A stretch of 64,000 bases of DNA from contig CM059432.1 in assembly GCA_030390025.1 (NCBI GenBank), forward strand, positions 94,614,001 through 94,678,000. The letters run 5' to 3'. The DNA comes from Squalus acanthias. Its lineage: Eukaryota. Each line of letters begins with the position of its first letter. Position 1 is the first letter of the stretch. The notes under the pieces are model-generated. The model was not told where the DNA came from and ran no database searches. It was given only the letters and a program-made list of their open reading frames with translations. Positions 38,001-49,557 of this stretch are shown here, piece by piece. The position numbers and the translations under genes were made by a program.

Positions 38001-39427
38001 TCATCCGTGGCCCGGGCGTGGCACTGTGACGCCATGTCGGCGGGTTGACGGGGGGCCATGGCGCCCAGGATGGGGGACATGGTGTTCATGTCCACGAGGC
38101 GGTGTCGAGGGATGTCTACCAGTAGGCCGTGGACGCACAGGAAATCTGCGCCGATGAGAGGGGAGAGCACCTTGGCAGTGATGAACTCCCATCGGTAGCG
38201 GCGACCAGCGAGGTCGAGGGTGACTGTGCGGGTGCCGTACGTCCGGATGTCCGAGCCGTTAGCAGCAGCCAGCGCCGGTCCTCGTTTGCCCTTTTGGATG
38301 TCGAGGGCGGAGGCCGGGATGATGCTGTCCTGAGCTCCAGTGTCGCACAGGAACCGGCGGCCAGTTTTGTCATCCGTGACGTACAGCAGGGAGCCCGCGT
38401 GGCCCACGGCCATCGCGGGGGCTGGTACGGGGGCGGACTTGAAAGAGCAGGGAGGTGTGCACCGTTGTGCCCTGGCGCCGAACCGTGCGTGGTAGTAACA
38501 GTGGCCCGGGTTAGTGGGGCGCGAAGGCCCCGTGAGCCCGGTGGCTGGGCCTTGTGGCCGCGTGGTGGCTGGTGAGGGGCACGCCCAGGCAATGGCTGCC
38601 AGGTCCGGAGTGACGTCGCGGCTGGAGTGAGCGGACAGCAGCTTGTCGGCCTCATCGGCCAGGGCTTCCAGGTCTGTGAGGCCGGACGCCACGATCGCTG
38701 GGCGGATGCTGAGAGGTAGCTGGCGGATGAACAGCGTGCGGAAGAGGGATCTGGGTGGGCTCTCGTCGGTGAGGGAGAGCATGTGGGAGAGGAGGTCTGA
38801 CGGTGAGGCATCACCGAGGCCTGGAAGGTCGAGGAGGTGGCAGTTTCGCTGGTATGTCGAGGCCGTAAATTTTTTAAGGAGCGCGGCCTTAAGATGTGCA
38901 TACTTGCCCTCCTCTGGTGGGTTCTGCAGCGCTGTCCAGACCTTCGTAACTGTGGAGCTACCGAGTGATGTGACGAGGTAGTCGTACTTCGTCCCATCTG
39001 TGGTGATGTGTCGCAGCCGGAATCGGGACTCGGCTTGGAGGAACCAGGCTTCGGGCTGGTTTTCCCAAAACTCCGGCAGTTTCACGGAAACTGCGTTCGT
39101 GTCCGCCATTGCAGTGCTCGGAATACGTTCTGAGCGTCGAGGTCACCAATATTGTGGCTGCCGCGAAGCACGAATTGAGGCCGAGCCAATATGTGGAGCA
39201 CATGGCTTTTAATTACATACTCCTTGGCAAAATGGCTGCTACAACTTCTCTCTGCAAAACCCTACTGGTTGAGTACGACGCCCGCTCTTTTTAAGTTCAC
39301 ACTGAGGGCGACGCCCACTCCTTTTTTCATGCCTTAAAGGCAGCATGCGTCTTAAAGGCAAGGTGCCCGATTTATTGTCCACGGACGGAAAAGTGGATTG
39401 CGCCCGTTTAGGTGGCGATACGCCACA
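35006..39427 (-). mobile_element. Full-length Ty3/Gypsy LTR retrotransposon, CsRn1/Kabuki-like
   Basis: 275-bp LTRs at 39153-39427 (5') and 35006-35280 (3'), about 6 mismatches by eye; PBS TGGTGACCTCGACG (tRNA-Trp-like); PPT GGGGGGAGCTG; PR-RT-RH-IN order. Confidence 0.95.
35301..39109 (-). pseudogene. gag-pol polyprotein with three apparent frameshifts (~37220, ~37095, ~36212)
   Basis: Gag VKLPEFW...CYYHARFG...C; protease FLCDTGA; RT RPCGDYRRLN...YLDD; RNase H YSTFDRELLA; integrase HPG...C..C, TSDRGPQF, ANGLCEQ, GPY. Confidence 0.9.
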
Positions 39428-39705
39428 ATAACATAATTACTATGGAAGCAACAAACAAAAAGAGAGTATGTTTTAAATCAAATGGAATTCAATGTCAGTA
39501 AGTGTGAGGTGGTACATTTTCGTAAAAAAAATTAAAGCAATAATTATACTTTGAAAAGGGAAAAGCTGGTTGATATGAAAGAGCAGAGGATTTGGTAGTT
39601 CAGGTTCACAAGACACTAAAAGCAACACTTCAAGTGGATCAAGCTATTAAAAAAACTAAAGGAATGCTGCGTTTTATGGCACATGTATAGAACATAAAAG
39701 TCAAG

Positions 39706-40811
39706 GGTCTAGAAATTCGATGATGCTGTGCTTTTTTAAAAATACAAGCGTAAAACGGGTGCAAAACGTCCAATATGGCGTGCGCATGGAGACTGAAGTG
39801 CGCTACCTGCGGTATTGGGATAGGCATTAAAAGAGGTGTTCAGGACCGCGCCCGAGACAGGCATTAGGTCCCTTGCATAAGCAAATAAGGGACTTAGCGC
39901 ATGCTTGATGCCTCCTTTATCAAACTGCATCCCCCTAAACACAGCCAGTGCCGGGTCAGCTGCGTTCAGGAAAACTAGGTCTTTTTTTAATTATTTGTTC
40001 ATGGGATGTGGGCGTCGCTGGCAAGGTCGACATTTATTGCCCATCCCTAATTGCCCTTAAGAAGGTGGTGGTGAGCCGCCTTCTTGAACTGCAGAGGGCA
40101 GTTAAGAGTCAACCACATTGCTGTGGGTCTGCAGTCACATATAGGCCAGACTGGGTAAGGACGGCAGATTTCCTTCCCTAAAGGACATTAGTGAACCAGA
40201 TGGGTTTTTACGACAATCGGTAGTTTCATGGTCACCATTACTGATACTAGTTTTTAACTCCAGATTTATTTAATTAATTTAATTTTTTAATTCCCCCACT
40301 GCCTGTGATCATTAATCCAGGTCTCTGAATTACTAGTCCAGTAACATAACCACTATGCTACCGTACCCCAGCCTAATCTGTGGGCCTTAAAGGGACCACT
40401 GAAGGCTGCCACCAAAAAGGTAAGTGCTCCACCCAGCTCCACATTGAAACCATGAGCTGCTGCCGGTCACCGCTCGACCCCACTTCCAATCACTGCCTCA
40501 ATCCCCCCTCCTTATCGTTACCTTGACCGCCCCCCTACCGATTGCCACTTCGACCACCCTCCTGGTCGCTACCTCGCCCCCTCCCACTCATTACCTCGAA
40601 CCCCTTCTGATCACCCCCTCTCCCGGTCTCTCCCTCTTGAAAGACCTATCTGCGTCACCAGCAGCAGCTTGAAATTCAAATGATGTGCACCAGTGAGCTG
40701 CCTAGGAATGCCCAGCAGACATCTGCAGCCTGTCAGTCTGATATAAGTGATGCCAGCACAGGAATCAATCCCTGCACCCAGTTCGTGCCAGTGTGAACCA
40801 ATTTCTAGGTC
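39706..40811. mobile_element. Harbinger-type MITE carrying a nested SINE
   Basis: TIR GGTCTAGAAATT / AATTTCTAGGTC; 3-bp TSD AAG. Confidence 0.75.
39982..40369 (-). mobile_element. tRNA-derived SINE
   Basis: Minus-strand head GGGGTACGGTAGCATAGTGG (A-box-like); A-rich tail at 39982-40000. Confidence 0.65.
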
Positions 40812-42885
40812 AAGACATCATGGTGAATTCTATATAAAACTTGACTAAGACCACAGCTGGAGTACTGTATACAGTTTTGGGCTCCACGCTATAGGATGTT
40901 GAAGTAAGAGAGAAGGTACAGCTAAGATTCACTAAGATGCTGCTTGGGATGAGGAATTACAAGTATGAAGAAAGTCAGAGATTAAAGGGTGATTTGATGT
41001 TTAAAAGCATGAAGGGATGGGAGAGGATAAATAGAAACAGATTGGTTCAAATGACTAAGAGGTCTAGATCAAGGGGACACAAATATAAGATTAAATATAA
41101 GAGATTTAGGACTAAGAGCAAGAGAAATGTTTTTACACAGAGGGTTGTGAGACTATGGAATGCATTGCCAGATTTAGTGACTGAAGCAGAGACTGTATCA
41201 GTATTTAAGAATAGGTTAGTTCAGTAGTTGAAGGAAAGAGGGATAAAGGGATATGGGAACAGCTACATGATATTAGGACTATTGCTCATGGAGGGGTATA
41301 AACAACACAGACTGGAAGCCCGAATGGCCTGTTTCCATATTGTAATTTCATGGATAGTCTACATTTTGCTGACTAGGAATTGAGTTGCGTAAATGTGGAG
41401 GAACAGAATACAAAACCAAAGGCATTGGACTGTTGGTGTATACGGTGTTGGTCAGACCCAATCTGGAGTAATGTATGTGGTTCTGGTTACAAGATCACAA
41501 GATAGGTAGAGATGAGGGAAGTCATTCAGCCCATCTTAGCATATCCATTTGCAAAGACCCTACAGCCCTCCCACCTCCCATCATGACCTCCAACTTTCTT
41601 TTAAATAAATGAATCGAGGGTTTTTGTCTCCACTCTACCATGTGCTGATCATTCTTTAAGTGAAGAAGAACTTTCATAAGAAGAATATTAAGGCCCTGGA
41701 AAGGATGCAGAAGTGAGCAACAAAAATGATGCTCTGGTTTGAGGAATTTAAATGAGGAACCATGAGCAATAGTTAAGAATTTGAGCTTCTTTCTTTCAGA
41801 AAATTAGAGACTTACAGATAATTTGAAAGAAGTTATCAAGATTTTGAAGAAAATTGACAAAGCTGAGCCAGGCACATTGTTCTCTGTGGGGGAAGATTTA
41901 AATACATAAGTTAAAAATAGTATACTGGAGGTAGGTAGGGAAGTCAGGCAAAATATTTCTTATCCAAAGGGTAACAGACTTGTGGAATAAGTTACCAGAG
42001 GAGACCAGCATAAATGTGTTCAAGACAATTCAATGCGTTTCTGGCGAGAGGAGTTTGAATGATAGAGGAATAAGGATTGATCTCTGAACAAGAAATGGGC
42101 TGGTTGGGCCGAATAGTCTTTTTCTGTTCCTAAAAATGTTTGTTTTAGGTTCTTTTGCAGGGGATACATCTAAATATAACCAGACTTCGTCTGTTTGGTC
42201 ATATCATGCTGAATCAAACAAATGATGAATGATACATCTCGATAAGTTCAATGTGGCACAGAAACAGTACTGAATAAATAAAAAGAAACAAATTGCATGT
42301 AGCGCTAAGCAGAAAATTATGGTGCAGATTAATTAGGATCCGTAAAGAGAAAAGATAAATTAACATTTTAGGTATAAGCCTTTGTTATAACTGAAAACTG
42401 AAAAATGAGAAAACATTCTAGTACGGCTGGGAAAAAAGGATGAAGGGCATCAAAAAAGAGGGATCGATTTTGACTTTTGCACGACCGAACAGCAGAGCGT
42501 GCTCATCGTTTGCTCATTCTGGCGAGAAAGAGGCTCTGGCCTCATTACAGTTTGACTTAACCGGTGTCCCAGGTTTGTTCACTGCCGGATAATCTTAGCA
42601 GTGGAGCGTTACCTTTGGCCTCAATAACCCTAGGCTAGAGAGCAAGGAACAGGGGAAAGAATCAGTGGGGGTTCCCAATGCTAATCACTATCTTTTCCTC
42701 GAAGTGTGCATCAGTGTGGACATTGAGAAAGGATAGGAATGGTCTCGGTCGTCATGCCCCCATTCCCCCCACAAGTTCAAACAACCTGCCGACACTCACT
42801 AGCTATGCTCACGCATAACTCTTTTTACACAAAGATTGGTGATAATGTGGAATTTGCAGATAACATTGATGCATTTAGAGTCATA

Positions 42886-43575
42886 GGGGGCTAAATTCGG
42901 TTGATTTGCACCTCCCGTTAGCGCCCTAGAGGGCGCTAATGGGGCGCAAATCAACTAACGCCTGGGCGCGGCGCCGCTAACACCTCCCGCGAAGTTCAGC
43001 AGGTGGTTAGCGGCAGCGCCAACCGTTAGCACGGCGCTGCGCCGCCGGCGATGACGTCATCGTCGTGCGCAGTGCCCCGCTCACGCCCCGGCTGTAACAT
43101 ATGTCCGCCGGGGTCAGGGGGGCCTACCTGCGGCCGCGGCAGCGCTAGTTAAAGGGGAGGTGGCGGCCGGCCATTTTTGTTGCTGGCCGCCTGCCAGCAC
43201 CTGCCCCCGTTGCTGTCCCCGGCCCTCGTGAAGTCCCCCCACGGGATGCTGGCTGCTCTCCGTGAGCCCGGCACTCCTCTTGAGTGCCGGGCTCGTTTGC
43301 CGGCACTCCCGATCCCTGGTGGCCCAGCTGGGCGCTGGGACATGCTGCGCCAGGCCCCTCCCCTTTAATAAGGGGAGGAAGGCCTGCAGTACCGTGGTGC
43401 GACGTGCCGCAGCGCTGCGATATTGGCTCGCAGCGCCCCAAGAGGGACGCGGGGCACTTCCAGTAGTGCCTCTCCTCCCTCTCGGGGCGCTACCTGGGAA
43501 AATCGGCCGTGGGGGCGCTGACTTTTTCGGGGTGCTAAAATTAGCGCCAAAGGGGCGCTACCCAATTTTTACCCC
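42886..43575. mobile_element. GC-rich Harbinger-type MITE
   Basis: Ends GGGGGCTAAATTCGG / CCCAATTTTTACCCC; 3-bp TSD ATA; multiple subterminal TTAGCGCC/GGCGCTAA motifs. Confidence 0.75.
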
Positions 43576-44530
43576 ATAGATTCATAACGGCACAGAAGGA
43601 GGCCATTCGGCCCATCGAGTCCGTGTCGGCTCTCTGTAGAGCAATCCAGTCAGTCCCATTCCCCCGCTCTATCCCCATAGTCCTGCAAGTTTATTTCCCT
43701 CAAATGCCTGTCCAGTCTCCCCTTGAAAACATTGAGTGTCTCCGCTTCCACCACTTCCGTCGGCATCGAGTTCCAGGTCATCACCACTCGCTGCATAAAA
43801 AAGTTTTTCCTCACATCCCCCTGTATCTCTTGCCCAAAACCTTAAATCTGTATCCCCTAGTCCTTGTACCATCAACTAGTGGGAACAGCCTTTCCCCGTC
43901 TAGCCGATCCAAACCCGTCATAATCTTGAACACCTCTATTAAATCACCCCTCAACCTCCTTTGCTCTAATGAAAGCAAATCCAGCTTCTCCAACCTGTCC
44001 TTGTAGCTAAGATCCCCCATCTCCGGAACCATTCTGGTAAATCTCCTCTGCACCCTCTCAAGGGCCTTCACATCCTTCCTAAAGTGTGGTGACCAGAACT
44101 GGACGCAATACTCCAGTTGTGGCCTAACCAGCGCTTTATAAAGGTTCAGCATAACTTCTCTACTTTTGTACTCAATGCCTCTATTTATGAAGCCCAAGAT
44201 CCCATATGCTTTGCTAACCACTCTCTCAATATGTCCCGCCACCTTCAGGGACCTATGCACATTAACTCCCAGGTCCCTCTATCCCTGCACACTCTTTAAA
44301 ACTGTGCCATTAAGTGTATATTGACCCTCCCTGTTCCTTCTGCCATAATGCATCACCTCACACTTCTCTGTATTAAATTCCATCTGCCACTTGTCTGCCC
44401 ATTCTGCTAACCTTTCTATGTCCTGTTGCAGTCAATTGGTATCATCATCACTGTTTGCCACACCCCCAAGTTTGGTGTCATCGGCAAATTTAGAAATTCT
44501 ACTCTGTATTCCAATATCCAGGTCATGTAT
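43576..44530 (-). mobile_element. CR1 LINE 3' fragment
   Basis: ORF 43811-44260 LVRPQLEYCVQFWSP...RRLRGDLIEVFK; FADDTK near 44480; 3' UTR and tail. Confidence 0.9.
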
Positions 44531-45105
44531 ATATATCAATATATATCAGCTTAATGCATACATGAGGGAGAAGGGAACAGAGGGATACGGGAGATGGATG
44601 TGAAGAGGCAATTAGAGAGGGAGGAGGCTCGTGTGGAGTATAAACACCCGGCACAGATCAGTTGGGTCAAATGGCCTGTTTCTGTGCTGTAGATTCTATG
44701 TAATTCTAAGTAATAAAAAATTGCTGCATGGGTGCTAGACCCTGTGTCACTGTGCCCCTGTATGAATCACAACCTTCAGGAAAAAGAGAAAATTGTAGGG
44801 AAAGCGGCAGGAACAAATAAAAAAAATTTTAAATGCCCGTTTCTACCAAAATGTAGTTCTGTTCTCTTTGCAAGACGTTTTTCCATCATGAAATAATTTA
44901 AAAGTAGGAGGTTAGATGGCACACATCTGAAGCAAAGCACAAGCACCAGGAGGCAGAAATGGAGTGCACTTGATTTGAAGACTGGCCACAATATAGCAGA
45001 AATTCACCATAAAACAGCAACAGATTGTATTTGAAGACCTGAGCATGAAAGTGTAAGACAAAGTGGTTTGGGCACCATTATGTGACAGCAGAGCTTGCTC
45101 CTTAT

Positions 45106-45358
45106 GAAAGAAAGACTTTTATTTATAAAGTGCCTTATCACATTGCTGAGAAATGTCTCAAAATGCTTCACACAAATTACTCTGAAGTGTAGTCACTGTT
45201 GTGGTAGCCAATTTGCATACAGGAAGATCCTCCAGACAGCACTGAAATAAATAACCACTTCATTATTTATTTTGGTGGTGTTGGTTTTGGGAAGAATGCT
45301 GGTCATGACACGGAGATAACTCCTTTCTCTTCTTTGAAAAGTGTCATGGGATGTTTGA
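45106..45358 (-). mobile_element. Diverged DeuSINE 3' half
   Basis: GAAAGAAAGACTT..ATTTATA...GAAGTGTAGTCACTGTTG. Confidence 0.55.
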
Positions 45359-46101
45359 AAATAATTCGGTTTGTTGTATGGGATTCAGTGCACCCATGCT
45401 TTGCTTTTGCCCACCCCAATGATCTACCACTGATCCCAACTGATTTTCCAGAGTCAGGCTAATTTGCATATTTTAGGCAGGCTCCCCAGGAGCAGGTGGA
45501 AAATGGCTACAGCCCTGAAATTAATCAAATAATATAAACCTTTAAAAATAATGCCTTAGCCCATGCAATTGACTGGCCTGAAATCAGTTGCACAGGCTGA
45601 AGATGTCATTGTATTTTTAAATCCCTTTACACATCAGCATAGCAACCCTGGATGTCAGGGCGTACAGACATTCCTAGCGCTCACCGATGCCAAGGTGCAA
45701 ATGATAGGAAATACATTGGATAATGTAAATCCTTTATTTGCGTACGATTACAATATGCCAATATGCCCACCCAGAGCTGGTGGGGCAGCTCCCGAAGAAT
45801 TTACTGCCACATTATAGCTGGGAGCCAGAGTAACTCAAGCAGAAAATCTTGCCCTATATATCATACACAAAATCATAATTGTAGCTGCAATACTAGATGC
45901 CAAATTCCCAATCTTATCCATGATATGGGATGAAGGCACAAGCAGAGACCAGGCACACAGGAAGGGAGGGGGAAATCTGAGGGCAAGCTGCCCTGGGGTA
46001 CTCACATTTGACTATTAGTGCCCAGCATGGTGTGAAATTGGCAGAAACCTTAGAGTAAGTCACGCACCTGCATTTTCTGCAGGGAGGAAATCAAAAGTAA
46101 A

Positions 46102-47674
46102 GGCCGTGAATTTAATGGAGGAGGCGGGATGGTGGCGGGAGAGCTGGTTTCCTGTTCTGGTCCCGCTCCAAGCTGCAGTCGCTCTGTAGACGTGATTGTC
46201 CCTTGATTAGCCTTATTAAGCCCACCCTGCGGGCTTCCCGTCAATTAACAGGAAGCGGGTCTGATGATGTCATTTGATGACGTGTCATCAGCCAGTTTGC
46301 TTAAAGGGACCACGGCCACGTGGAGTTTGATGGTTGCTCTGTCAGTGTTTGACAGCATTCAGGTGCTGCAAACACAGACAATCACTGCACAAAGGTGAAC
46401 GCTTGCACCCAGGCTCTCCATATGCTTATGGAGGGAGTCACAGCACGCAGAGAGGTTCTCTTCCCTTCTAAGGGCGGAAGAGACCTCCCCAGGACACCAA
46501 CTTACCTTGCACCTCCACCCAACCCTATCTATTTACTTTATCACTGCCCCATCTCACTAGCCACCCCTCACACTCTCCCTCATCCTACTGCAAGCATACC
46601 AACTAACAACACACAAGGGTAGGCACTTGAGAGGTTTCGCCAATGTCCATGTGAAGTTTCTGGTAATGTGTTGTCATACAGTGAAATCTATTTTTCCAAA
46701 AGTGCCCCTTATTTGACAGATCTGAGCGCACCTTGAAAAGTGTCTTACTGAATTCCAGTGATTGTTTAGTCATAATTTCCCCCCCACCCCCACCTCCGCT
46801 ATAGTGCTGAGTGTGCATGGAATGGCTTGGACATTAAAGGGATGCTTCATGGTGCTGGTGTGGGATGGTGTTAACCTTGCGCATCATGTGGCAGCCAGGG
46901 TTTACTGCGTCAAGTGAAGAGAATCTGGCCATGGTGATGCCATCGCTGGCCTCCCGGGCAGCAATGTTGTCAGGGGTTGATGCCCTATGTCCAGTGCAGC
47001 ATCAGGTGATGGCGGAGAAGGTTGGTGATGTTGTTGGTGATGTTGGTGTGCTTGGTGATGTTGGTGTTGGGGCTGATCGTGGAAGGATTCGTAGGACCAA
47101 GGTCTAATTGTTTCAATGGCTCCAATGTCGCTGGAATAGATGGCAGCTGCAGGTGAGATGACAGAAGCGATGTCAATGGTGAGAGAGGTTCTCCCAATGA
47201 GGTTGCACTGGACATACAGTTGTATCTAAAAACTTGTAAGCTAAAGAAATCTCTATATGTATTAAAAATGCAGTAACCAACATTTTCTGCACTCTAAAAC
47301 TCACCATCTGCAACATGGCATCCTTTACACCATTTCTGCAGCTGTCATCTTTTCACAAACATCAGAGCAGTCTTAAAACACACCAGGTTGAGCTGGCGTG
47401 TTCTCCGAATAGCAGGTAACCCGTGGGGGAGAACGTAAAATTAGAAATAAGCCTCAAAATAGTCTTAAATTGGCTCTTAACAAGCCATTTAACAATCTGA
47501 ATTGTATCCCCCGCCGCTTGGTGTCAAGTCAGTTTTCCGCTGACAGACCCGACACCTGGGAGACTTGCGTGGAGACGGGTTGACAGCGGGTTTCCTACCC
47601 GCTGTCAATCTTTGCTATTTTGACAGCGGATCCGCCTCCAAACCCGCCCCCTGAGCGCTATTAAATTCGCAGCC
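46102..47674. mobile_element. Non-autonomous Harbinger derivative, copy 2 (inverted relative to 31116-32879)
   Basis: Body is the reverse-complement homologue of copy 1; TIR GGCCGTGAATTTAAT / ATTAAATTCGCAGCC; 3-bp flanks AAA/AAA. Confidence 0.8.
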
Positions 47675-48981
47675 AAAATGTTGGTGTTGAGGGCGAGGCA
47701 GCAGAGAAGGAAAGAAAGAAATACAATGGGGTAATTTTTAAACTCTGTTTTTTAAGTTATATTAGAATCCACCATGCTGCGAGCCCTATTTATATGCAGA
47801 CCCATGGGAGTCATTTTTACCTTCACCGCCTAGGTAGTAATCTGATAAAGCAGATTGCCTGCCCTTTGTAGATTCCACCCGATTTCATTCCCATCGATTT
47901 CAAAATCGGGTAGGTTCTACAATGGGTGAGTGATTTGCTCCGCCAGATTACCACTCAGGCACTGGCGGTAAAAATTTACCTCATGAAGTCTATTTTGAAC
48001 AGGAGCCGCCGTGCCCCAGGATTTATAATTGGAGATAGTCCAATACTTTTCATGCTTAGGGAGGTACGAAACAACCTGTCTGGCAAGTATTCTGATTTTC
48101 GCTCCTGGCAAAAACAGATGAGTACTTACATCAGGCAGTTTATGTCAGCATCATGTGAATCTCTTGCCCTGTAGCCCAAACCAACATTGATAGAGCAGTG
48201 GAAGTATTATTCTAAACTACCCAAATTAATACCTCGATGCTTTTTAACTTGACCAATTTCTATGAATCAGCTGCAACTTTTTAAACTGCAAATCTGTAGC
48301 TGTACTATACACAAGAGTAACAGAGAGGCCAATTCCACACACATATGGCTTCTCATGCTACAATATGTAGATCATGAATGTACTACCTACAATTACAATT
48401 TACATGGTAAAGCTCTGCCTAGCACACAGCAACTAATGCAATTCAATGGTATGACAATTCACTGTTCCTGTAAACCGACAAGTTCAAAGTCAACCGCAAA
48501 TAATTTTTTTACAAATAAATAAAGTTTTAAGTTTAATCCATATTGATGAGATTTTGCAGCTACTAATCACCTTCAGTTAGACACAGAAAAAGGTGCTGGA
48601 GTCTTTAGCTGAGCCTTCACTACAAATCATTTAAACAATAACTGAATTCAATTGTAACTTTATACCAGCTAAGCCTATTTGCCAGGAATTGTTCAATGTA
48701 GTCAGGTGCAGGGTCAGTGAATGGTTGGCAGTATGTATCACCATGCCGCTCCCGCACCCCTCGTCCTCGCCACGTCCTCAACAGTTTCAGTAAAATTTGA
48801 ATGAGGCTCTTTCCTTACTTAATACGGCATAATATATTTTAGCTAAATAAACTTGCCAACAAATTCAAAAATGTAAAAAAAAAATTTACTGATTGTCTAA
48901 GCAGCAAATTAAACTGTCTGGGTTTGTGTAATTATGATTGTATATTTGGAGGGTTTTTTGAAGGGTGAGTTGCTGTACTTA

Positions 48982-49346
48982 CAGGAAACTCTTTATTAAC
49001 TGGCACCGACGGGACCGGCGTGGTGCCGGTTAATCAAAAAGTCCGGATAACGGAGAGTTAATATCTACCAACGTACGAGAGCCCCGTACACATTGACATG
49101 CGCCTGCATTCGGAGCTCCGTCTCCCCGGGGACCGCCAGCTGACCATCTGTCGTGTCCGCTGCCTACCCGGGCTGCACATTCCCCTCCCAATCTACACGC
49201 TCCGATACAAGGCAAATGCCTCGGGGTTTTTTTTCAAGTTAATCTTAGACGAGAGATGAAGGAAAACCCCGGTTACCTACTCAAGAATTTTGCCAGTTAA
49301 GAGAGATTTCCAGATATTTGGGTGCCGGTTAATAAAGAGTTTCCTG
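48982..49346. mobile_element. Tc1/mariner (pogo/Tigger-like) MITE, 365 bp
   Basis: 26-bp TIR CAGGAAACTCTTTATTAAC(T/C)GGCACC with one mismatch; TA TSD on both sides. Confidence 0.9.
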
Positions 49347-49398
49347 TATTATGCAGAAGTGAGAAACTTGAAAACTTATGAAAGTTACTGATGCATAC

Positions 49399-49557
49399 CT
49401 TTAGGTCACTGCCAGGCAAGGTACCCACTCCATTTTTCCATTCCATGGCACTATATATATCAAAGTCCTGCACATCAGCTGCATTGCTTGATTCAGCTTC
49501 TTCATCTATTCTTTCAATTTTGATTGGTACAGCCTGCCAGCCTTTTTCTTCAGACAT
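49399..49557 (-). CDS. L3MBTL4: L3MBTL-family (lethal(3)malignant brain tumour-like) gene, first coding exon (MSEEKGWQ...SAMEWKNGVGTLPGSDLK)
   Basis: ATG at 49557; 53 codons ending AAG|GTATGC (phase 0 donor). DFDIYSAMEWKNGVGTLPGSDLK matches the L3MBTL3-type N-terminal motif (FDVFSVMDWKDGVGTLPGSDLK). The paralogue (L3MBTL4 vs L3MBTL3/1) is an inference. Confidence 0.8.

Larger units (their letters stand above)
39470..41350 (+). mobile_element. Old CR1 LINE 3' fragment, split by a Harbinger MITE
   Basis: EHKSQ|DIMVN..RPQLEYC joins across the insert; VFTQRVVRLWNALP. Confidence 0.75.

Noticed and set aside
35823..38997. Antisense and alternative-frame ORFs over the Gypsy element
   Set aside because: Shadow ORFs of GC-rich coding sequence with no recognisable motifs.
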